IMG/VR virus record: IMGVR_UViG_3300032257_000034
Coordinates: 1 to 42,464 of that record
Reading direction: 5' to 3' (one strand)
DNA: 42,464 bases
From: a virus
Taxonomy: Duplodnaviria; Caudoviricetes
Numbering within the stretch: position 1 is the first letter of the stretch; every line of letters begins with the position of its first letter. The translations under genes were made by a program, and so were the position numbers. The notes beneath the pieces were generated by a model. It saw only the letters and a list, made by a program, of their open reading frames with translations. It was not told the DNA's origin and ran no database searches. Below are positions 36,136 to 42,464 of the stretch, one piece after another.

Positions 36136-36654
36136 TTAAAAACCCGATAGTAGTGGTTGAATGAGATCTCGCCAATTAACATTGGGCTGTTGAACGTGTG
36201 GAAATTCGCGTTTTTCTTTTGACCAGTCACCCGCCCAGGTTAAACCTAAACGATTTGCGATATCGCCGTAGTGCATCCATAGAGAAAGGTCGTCCGATTT
36301 GCGGGTTCCCCAAACGGGCTTGCCATCTCGTATTGGGCAACCATCAAAGGCATAGGCATAGTTATGTAGCGATTGCCCCGGTCCCGACCAGGTAACAATT
36401 TTTTTACTTTTTTGTGGTGCGGCATTTAATAATATTTGAGCAAGATCTGGACGATGATATTTTTCACCCAAACTGGCAGCTTTAGTTTCAATTTTAGCTA
36501 AGCTACGACCAGAACGATAAAGCCGCGCTTGTTCTTCGAGCTCTCTTTTTGTGCAATAAATCAAAACTTGCAAACCTTCTTCGTTACAGACGCGCGTAAA
36601 GGCTATCGCCTGTTCACGAAACGGGGCTTGCAAGTCTGATAATTTTCGGCTCAT
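36136..36654 (-). CDS. Endolysin, M15-family L-Ala-D-Glu peptidase
   Basis: R..EEQA.LY..GR, S.HNY..AFD, GL.W.GDW and E.PH.Q motifs. Confidence 0.9.
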   Translation of the reverse strand: MSRKLSDLQAPFREQAIAFTRVCNEEGLQVLIYCTKRELEEQARLYRSGRSLAKIETKAASLGEKYHRPDLAQILLNAAPQKSKKIVTWSGPGQSLHNYAYAFDGCPIRDGKPVWGTRKSDDLSLWMHYGDIANRLGLTWAGDWSKEKREFPHVQQPNVNWRDLIQPLLSGF

Positions 36655-36662
36655 TCTATTGC

Positions 36663-37172
36663 TTAGCCGTTTTTGCGCTTATCGATTTCAGCTTGTACCA
36701 GGGCAAGTTTGCCGTCGTCGCCGACATAAAGCTCAAGCGCTGCTGTTAAGTCTTCATCTGAACTTTCAGTAAGTTCTTTAACGAATGATTCAGCTTCTAA
36801 CGCCTGGCTCGCACGTGACAAACGTTCTTCGGTTATGCCTTCAATTACGCCTTTGCGAGTGTTACCACTTTGCTCGGCTTGTTCAAGCATAGCTAAGTTG
36901 TCGATTGTGTATTTATGGTTACCTTCTTCGGTTTTTTCCGAGATGGCCAATAATACGCTAGCAACGTTTCCATCTAAAATATCTAACATTGGATTTGGCG
37001 CTTGTTCAGCTTCTTTAGTTTTTTCATCCACTAAACCATGTGCTTTATTTTTCCATTTTTCTGGAATCATGCTGGGGTCAACTTCGCGGGTTTCGTATGG
37101 GCGAACCGACTTGTTGCCGACTGGAATAGTTTTGTCTGTATCATTTGTAAATGCGACGGATTTCATAAACAC
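36663..37172 (-). CDS. Hypothetical head-associated protein
   Basis: Follows the capsid gene; E..G..RKGV helical module. Confidence 0.7.
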   Translation of the reverse strand: MFMKSVAFTNDTDKTIPVGNKSVRPYETREVDPSMIPEKWKNKAHGLVDEKTKEAEQAPNPMLDILDGNVASVLLAISEKTEEGNHKYTIDNLAMLEQAEQSGNTRKGVIEGITEERLSRASQALEAESFVKELTESSDEDLTAALELYVGDDGKLALVQAEIDKRKNG

Positions 37173-37184
37173 CTCTTTAAACTT

Positions 37185-37214
37185 AAATAAAGCTCGCCGA
37201 GTATTCGGCGAGCT
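37185..37214 (-). terminator. Hairpin/terminator after the capsid gene
   Basis: Perfect 10-bp stem AGCTCGCCGA/TCGGCGAGCT followed by TTATTT. Confidence 0.65.
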
Positions 37215-37243
37215 ATAGTCAGCTTCTACTTATCGATTAATAA

Positions 37244-39835
37244 TTATCGATTTGTAGCGCTGTAAACAATTACCGATGTATAGCGGTTGCGTACTGGTGA
37301 TGGTGTTTTAATCGCACTGTATTCTTCACCGTAGGCTTGCTTTTGGCCTGTTGCTAAACCATTTGAGTCGACTGCTTCAAACGGTTGGCCAGTGATAAAT
37401 GGCTTAGCAATGGAATAACCTGTTGTGCCGCGTACACCCAACAGAATCCGTTCATCGCCTAAATCAACACCAGGCGCATCGGACTTCCAGGTATTTATGC
37501 CTTTCACTCGCTCTAGGTCACCCATAGGATCTGTGTCGGTGCCATCTTTTTTGCTTGACGATTCAAACTGCTTCGCGTTTGTGCAAGTATCATTCACCGT
37601 TGAACTCATCAATTGAAAATCAGGCGTTACATAACGGTCTGAGCTCATCATGGCTTTTCGGCCACCAATTGAACGAAGTAATCCATTTAAGTGGACGTCT
37701 AGATCCGTTGCGCCGTTGTCGGTATCGAACTTAACAATATTCGTTGCATAGTCGTATGAGATGAGTTCATTATTTACTGTTGCCGCAGGCGTGACGACCG
37801 CACCAAGTTCACTCACAAATTGAACATAGCCGAGATTATAATTTGTGATTCGATAGTAAGTTCCGGCAGCTTGCGTATTTGTGCCGTCGTATTCAAGAAT
37901 GGCAACACTGTTAATTTGAATGCTAATCGGATTTTCCGCTGAACCGACATTAGTTCCTTTAAGATCCTTTTGTTGGTGAGGGCGAACGATTGGGAATTGT
38001 GCGGTTTTAATAGTACTAACCGTTGCTCCGTCAAGCTGTGCGCCAAAATCTTCATTGGCTAGACTTGCTGCAAGATAAGCATCTGAACCACGCTGCATTT
38101 CATTACAAATAGCGCGATGAATTAATTCACGCATGTAACGTGCATTGCTTGCCACATTTCGTGCGTATGCATCCCAATCAATAACGCTGGCGCGTGAAAA
38201 GTGCATTACTTCGTTACTGATTAAGAAGGCTAGTTTACGTGCCAAAATATATGCGGTGTCCATTTTCTGACTTACACTAGCGCGGGGTATCCCGCCACCT
38301 TCATAAACTATACCGCCGTTAACAACAGCGCTAATGTCACGTTCTTCATATGGAATCTCGGTGGTAACTTGCGCGCCTGAATCTGTAATGGTGTTTACCA
38401 ATTGCAAAACATTTAAGTCGGATAACGCTTCCATAATGACTGTACGTTGGAAGCCTGCAGGGAAATTAGTGTCGCCTATGCCAGTGGTTCCCGCTGCAAA
38501 TAGTTTATGTTCGTTATACAAACGTTCAGCCTGCATGCTATCGAACACTGCTAATACTTTTTCAACAAATGGATTAATTTTTTCACTCAGTTTTAATTTT
38601 CCTGTAGTGTATTCAGCCGTTCCACGCAAGCCCTTAGTTATATTTTCTTGCAAGGCTTTGATACTGTTTGATTCGTCTAATGTAATTTGAACATGCCCTT
38701 GACGGTCACCTTGGAAGCCCATACTTGAAAGCTGAGTGTTAACCGCAAGCTGGTTACCCATTTTAATTTGCTGTTCAGCAAGTCGGGTTACCTGGTCGGT
38801 TGTCATTTCTGGCGTAATCATTTCGCCAGCGTCACTTAGCATGGTGCGCTGTTCTTCCGGTAGAGCGGCCAGACCTTCGGCTTCGCCTAACAATTTATCG
38901 AAGAGTGCAACATTTGTGGAGCGTTGCTCGGCAAGTTTAACCTGCGCTGCTTTTTGTGCATTTTCACGTTCGTCTAAAATTTTATTTAGTGCGTCGGGTG
39001 TCATGCCTGGCTTAATATTTAAACCGGAAAAATCGAGTTTAATCCCGTCTGAATTAGTATTTCCATTTTCAGCTAGTTGCTTGGCAACCGTTTCAGCTGT
39101 TGCTACAAAGCTGTCGGATAATTGTTGCAATGCGACTTTGTCGTCGCCTAGTTGTTTTGCTGTTTCTTCGAACTGCGTGCAAAACTGCAAAACGATGTCT
39201 GAGCTTAATGCAAAGCCCTTAAGTTGTTCTTGTAATTTTTTAAGTAATTCTTTCCACATTGTCTTAATCTCCTGAGATAAAAGCATGGATATTTGATTGG
39301 TTGCTATATAAGGCTGAGGCTCGTTGTCAAACGAGAATTGAACCGGGTCAAGTCGTTTAACTCGCGGCCGAATAGTGAGTCCGGCACCAAATAATAAGGG
39401 GCCGTGCTCTTTTTCGGTTTCCGGATCGGTATAGTTTTCTGTGAAGTCTATAGAGAGGTAGCGAAATCCACGCTTTTTTACCGCGTCTACGCCGAAGTCT
39501 GTAAATTCGACTTCGCCACGAAGTTTTGTACCTTCCATGAACACTTTTTTTATCGTCGCCGCGGCACCATCACTGGGAGAGTGAGCAACGTCTATAAAAA
39601 TTTCTTGTCCATAAATATTCGCATCGAAGTTCTTAATCATGCTTTGGAACTTTTTACGCGACAGGTCAACTTTGCCATAGTACGGATCGTTAAATTTCAT
39701 AACCCGGGCAAAGTTTACGGTAATGGTATTACGGCTATCAGAAAGCATTTGCGAATCCACGCGACTTGATAATAACCGTATTGAGCCATCCAGCTCCGGA
39801 TTATCAAATTTTAAACGCTTATTTCTTTTGGCCAT
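37244..39835 (-). CDS. Fused prohead protease-scaffold-major capsid protein
   Basis: N-terminal Mu gpI-like protease (ID..H, FRYLS.DF, GAGLT.RP), helical acidic middle region and capsid-sized C-terminal region. Confidence 0.85.
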   Translation of the reverse strand: MAKRNKRLKFDNPELDGSIRLLSSRVDSQMLSDSRNTITVNFARVMKFNDPYYGKVDLSRKKFQSMIKNFDANIYGQEIFIDVAHSPSDGAAATIKKVFMEGTKLRGEVEFTDFGVDAVKKRGFRYLSIDFTENYTDPETEKEHGPLLFGAGLTIRPRVKRLDPVQFSFDNEPQPYIATNQISMLLSQEIKTMWKELLKKLQEQLKGFALSSDIVLQFCTQFEETAKQLGDDKVALQQLSDSFVATAETVAKQLAENGNTNSDGIKLDFSGLNIKPGMTPDALNKILDERENAQKAAQVKLAEQRSTNVALFDKLLGEAEGLAALPEEQRTMLSDAGEMITPEMTTDQVTRLAEQQIKMGNQLAVNTQLSSMGFQGDRQGHVQITLDESNSIKALQENITKGLRGTAEYTTGKLKLSEKINPFVEKVLAVFDSMQAERLYNEHKLFAAGTTGIGDTNFPAGFQRTVIMEALSDLNVLQLVNTITDSGAQVTTEIPYEERDISAVVNGGIVYEGGGIPRASVSQKMDTAYILARKLAFLISNEVMHFSRASVIDWDAYARNVASNARYMRELIHRAICNEMQRGSDAYLAASLANEDFGAQLDGATVSTIKTAQFPIVRPHQQKDLKGTNVGSAENPISIQINSVAILEYDGTNTQAAGTYYRITNYNLGYVQFVSELGAVVTPAATVNNELISYDYATNIVKFDTDNGATDLDVHLNGLLRSIGGRKAMMSSDRYVTPDFQLMSSTVNDTCTNAKQFESSSKKDGTDTDPMGDLERVKGINTWKSDAPGVDLGDERILLGVRGTTGYSIAKPFITGQPFEAVDSNGLATGQKQAYGEEYSAIKTPSPVRNRYTSVIVYSATNR

Positions 39836-39852
39836 TTTTTTACTCCATAAAC

Positions 39853-39942
39853 AAAAAAACCGAACGCATCTCTATTGAGATGTACGTCCGGCCTATCGTC
39901 ATGGTGGTTTTATCTAATTAAATATAAAACCGACTTCCCGCC
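39853..39942 (-). promoter_or_regulatory. Structured capsid leader with an intrinsic terminator just before the RBS
   Basis: GGTTTTAT/ATAAAACC stem inside GTC/GAC, followed by CCGGACGTACATCTC-AATA-GAGATGCGTTCGG-T7. Confidence 0.65.
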
Positions 39943-39959
39943 TTATTTGACTGTTAACA

Positions 39960-39993
39960 AGATTAGGTTAATTTATTTGGCATAAACAGGGCC
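39960..39993 (-). promoter_or_regulatory. Candidate late promoter for the capsid operon (GGCCCT-N22-TAATCT)
   Basis: Shared motif, with a TTGGC-N9-GCCAA dyad. Confidence 0.55.
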
Positions 39994-40000
39994 AAGCCTG

Positions 40001-40309
40001 TCAACGTGAAACGGGAAATCGTGTTAGTTCGCTTTTGAGTTCTTTGTCTGCAAACGTCGCTTTTATTTTTGCTTTGTATTCACCTGGTCCGGTTATGTCT
40101 CCAAGCTGCGTAATATAGCTTGCGTATTGATTCGCTGAGTAAGTGACGTTATCTACAGTCACATCGATGCCAGGCGCGGTCAAATTGTTTGTTGTTGTCA
40201 TCACGGTACCGTCGGGGCGAGTGATAGTTAAACTTAAACCTGTATTGGCTGAAATATCGATACCTGTTGGTATAATTAATATTTTCCCGTATTCGTTTTC
40301 TACAATCAT
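40001..40309 (-). CDS. Ig/BppU-like beta-sandwich structural protein
   Basis: I.RPDGT...Y....GD....G.Y pattern. Confidence 0.6.
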   Translation of the reverse strand: MIVENEYGKILIIPTGIDISANTGLSLTITRPDGTVMTTTNNLTAPGIDVTVDNVTYSANQYASYITQLGDITGPGEYKAKIKATFADKELKSELTRFPVSR

Positions 40310-40318
40310 AATGTTTTC

Positions 40319-41671
40319 CTAATGCGTTACGGTTGGTTTATCGCTCAGCGTCATAACCAATGCGGAATTAATACTAAGCGACATATTAATAACTTCGTAA
40401 CGAGGTGAAATAGTATTGTCGTTGCCGGTTATTGTTGCAATGCCTGAATATAAAATGCCACTGCCGTTTATTTTTCTTGTGCCAATGCCAGAAAGTAATG
40501 CATTGCCTGATAGCAAAGCTCCGGCGCCAGAAATATTTCCACCAACAGAGCCAATCCCTGTGAGCGTTGCATTACCCGTTTGCAATACGCCACTGCCATT
40601 AATGATTCTAACGCCACTACCGGAGAGTACTGCATTACCTGATAACAAAGCACCGGCGCCAGAAATATTACCACCAACGGAACCAATACCCGTGAGCGTT
40701 GCATTACCCGTTTGTAATACGCCGCTACCATTAATAATTCTAACGCCACTGCCGGAGAGTACTGCATTACCTGATAACAAAGCACCGGCGCCAGAAATAT
40801 TACCACCAACGGAACCAATACCCGTGAGCGTTGCATTACCCGTTTGTAATACGCCGCTACCATTAATAATTCTAACGCCACTGCCGGAGAGTGCTGCATT
40901 GCCTGATAGCAAAGCTCCGGCACCAGAAATATTGCTACCAACAGAACCAATACCCGTGAGCGTTGCATTACCCGTTTGTAACACGCCACTGCCATTTATG
41001 ATTCTAACACCACTACCTGAAAGATAAGCGTTGCTTGAAGTTAAAGATCCTTCGCCTGTTGCAGCCGTACCCCCTGCCGCTGCATGTGTAACAGTTAAAT
41101 ACGGACGTTTTCCATCCGTTCCATCGCTCGATTCCCAAAATGTATAAGTAGCGTCATTTTCTGCATCTGTTCGCTCAAAATGCCAACCGTCATTTACTAA
41201 AGTTCCATCAATAAAATCTTGAACATCTGAGAGTAGTTGAGCAATTCCATCTGAAGTTTTATAGCCATTGCTATTCGTTACAGTCATTGTATCCGTTACA
41301 GTTGCACTTCTGTCATTGCCATTTGAAATACCGCCTGCCGTTGTCCAATTATTGCTGGTCGACCAAATATTCCATGTTGCTTGTAGCTCTACCCATACAC
41401 GTAATAATCTCTTTAATGTAACCGTTGGTACTCCAGTTCCTGTTGTACGATAAATTGAAACTGTCGCAGCACTAACAATTTCTGTTGATGCTATATTTGA
41501 TAGTCCTGAAAAGCGGATTAAACTATTGCGCCAATCACCAGCGCCATATTTTGAAGTGTCAAGCCCAGATAAGGAGCCAAGATTTGTAGTGGGATCTATT
41601 TGCTGTATCTGCGTGTCTTCTGTGCCAGAATAATCGTCTCCGGCGTTATCACCTATAACGGTAACGGTCAT
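40319..41671 (-). CDS. Fibre-like protein: DNRLRE/CBM96-like domain plus Gly-rich 44-aa repeats
   Basis: EDT.I....PTTN.G, R.SLIRF, W.E..ATWN...W...G and RPYL.V motifs, followed by tandem repeats. Confidence 0.75.
   Translation of the reverse strand: MTVTVIGDNAGDDYSGTEDTQIQQIDPTTNLGSLSGLDTSKYGAGDWRNSLIRFSGLSNIASTEIVSAATVSIYRTTGTGVPTVTLKRLLRVWVELQATWNIWSTSNNWTTAGGISNGNDRSATVTDTMTVTNSNGYKTSDGIAQLLSDVQDFIDGTLVNDGWHFERTDAENDATYTFWESSDGTDGKRPYLTVTHAAAGGTAATGEGSLTSSNAYLSGSGVRIINGSGVLQTGNATLTGIGSVGSNISGAGALLSGNAALSGSGVRIINGSGVLQTGNATLTGIGSVGGNISGAGALLSGNAVLSGSGVRIINGSGVLQTGNATLTGIGSVGGNISGAGALLSGNAVLSGSGVRIINGSGVLQTGNATLTGIGSVGGNISGAGALLSGNALLSGIGTRKINGSGILYSGIATITGNDNTISPRYEVINMSLSINSALVMTLSDKPTVTH
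40490..41020. repeat. 132-bp coding tandem repeat, about 4 copies
   Basis: TGAGCGTTGCATTACCCGTTTG recurs at 40561, 40693, 40825 and 40957. Confidence 0.95.
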
Positions 41672-42102
41672 TAGAAGTTATCTACGTAACCTGTTGGGAT
41701 TGGCGCGTTTTCGTCTGCGTCAATGGTTGCGCGGTTAGTTTCAATATCAACTGCAATTTGCTCTACTGTCCATCCTTGGTTTTGGAAGTTATCACGTAGC
41801 GTTTCAGAATAAGCCTTTAAAGTATTTAATTCTACTCGCAGTGTACCTAGTGTTTGTTTAGAAACTAACGCAAGCGCGGCGTTAATTTCTGGTGCTGAAT
41901 ATTTAGTAACTAGTGCTTGAATTCGCGACTCAACTCTAAATGGTAATCTTGCAGCACGTCTCAAAAGACCTATGGCTTGTGGGTCGGCATTAGCTACAGC
42001 ATTTCTATAGTATAAAACCCCTTGCTTCATACCAGCGTCACATTCATGAACAGCTTTTAATATCGACTCTGCCATACGTATTTGCTTTATTTCTAAAATC
42101 AT
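41671..42102 (-). CDS. Hypothetical helical protein
   Basis: 143 aa with GGAGGT RBS, coupled on both sides. Confidence 0.7.
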   Translation of the reverse strand: MILEIKQIRMAESILKAVHECDAGMKQGVLYYRNAVANADPQAIGLLRRAARLPFRVESRIQALVTKYSAPEINAALALVSKQTLGTLRVELNTLKAYSETLRDNFQNQGWTVEQIAVDIETNRATIDADENAPIPTGYVDNF

Positions 42103-42464
42103 TCAACACCTCCGAATACTGGCATATCACCGTCTTTTTCTAGCATAATGTCGCGCAGCTCAGTAGTGAAAGGCTCTTTACCGTTTTGTGTCCATCCTAA
42201 AAATTCAACGCGATCGAGATTTCCGTTTGCATCATTACGATTATATAAGCCTGTTGCTCTGCAATGTAGTTTTCCATCGACTTCTAAATAACATTCGCCG
42301 TTGTTAATGCCTGGATCATTAAACTTCACATACATTTTATATTCGTGCAATGTTTCACCAACGATAGAAGGTGTAACGCCGTTTGGTACTTCTACGTTTG
42401 CATTAGGATATGAACGTCCAATCCACTCAGGGTACTGACCGTTTAAATTAATAACATTATTTGA
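42099..42464 (-). CDS. Partial ORF entering from the right edge; ConA/polysaccharide-lyase-like beta-jelly-roll C-terminus
   Basis: The frame is open to 42464; HEYKMYVKFN.PG..NG...L.VDG pattern. Confidence 0.6.
   Translation of the reverse strand, partial: SNNVINLNGQYPEWIGRSYPNANVEVPNGVTPSIVGETLHEYKMYVKFNDPGINNGECYLEVDGKLHCRATGLYNRNDANGNLDRVEFLGWTQNGKEPFTTELRDIMLEKDGDMPVFGGVE

Larger units (their letters stand above)
1..42464. mobile_element. Temperate siphovirus-like phage genome, near-complete and circularly permuted (excised form)
   Basis: Complete sets of head, tail, lysis, replication, regulation and recombinase genes. The late operon leaves the left edge and resumes at the right edge. 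No host housekeeping genes. Confidence 0.92.

Noticed and set aside
552-39769. Numerous + strand ORFs in the track (e.g. 2508-2918, 14991-15491, 20951-21394, 38736-39275)
   Set aside because: Antisense to well-supported - strand genes, with no RBS or motif support.
40490-41020. Possible CRISPR array or DGR template/variable repeats
   Set aside because: The repeats are contiguous and in frame with no unique spacers; no cas or reverse transcriptase gene is present.
40416-41027. 203-aa + strand and 175-aa alternative-frame repeat ORFs
   Set aside because: They are shadows of the 132-bp coding repeat in the 40319-41671 gene.

Overview
The whole 42.5-kb window looks like one near-complete temperate siphovirus-type phage genome. 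The host is probably a Gram-negative proteobacterium, inferred from the spanins and lipoproteins. It appears to be in its excised, circularly permuted form, and no host genes are visible. Almost everything is on the - strand. The early/middle arm runs: a divergent Arc/Arc (ribbon-helix-helix) switch, a CII-like gene, a short tyrosine recombinase, accessory genes, a 1040-aa Zn-finger/TOPRIM/ATPase primase-helicase, a repeat- and IHF-rich putative origin, a XerC-like tyrosine recombinase with an adjacent dif/lox-like site, a Mor-like activator and a large serine recombinase (LSR). The late arm runs: terS, terL, portal, a MuF-type head protein with a C-terminal JAB/MPN domain followed by a tiny coupled ORF, a Com-like Zn ribbon, a head-fibre/carbohydrate-binding module that spans the window ends, a fused protease-scaffold-capsid protein, lysis genes and a lambda-like non-contractile tail. 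The most notable signals are: (i) a candidate attP inside the LSR 3' end that mimics a tRNA-Asn acceptor end, so integration would swap off an ...AA C-terminus; (ii) the MuF-JAB fusion with a putative partner; (iii) three recombinases in one phage; (iv) a conserved GGCCCT-N22-(-10) late-promoter motif with a terminator-containing capsid leader; and (v) several structured non-coding elements. All protein calls come from motif recognition by eye; no database searches were run.
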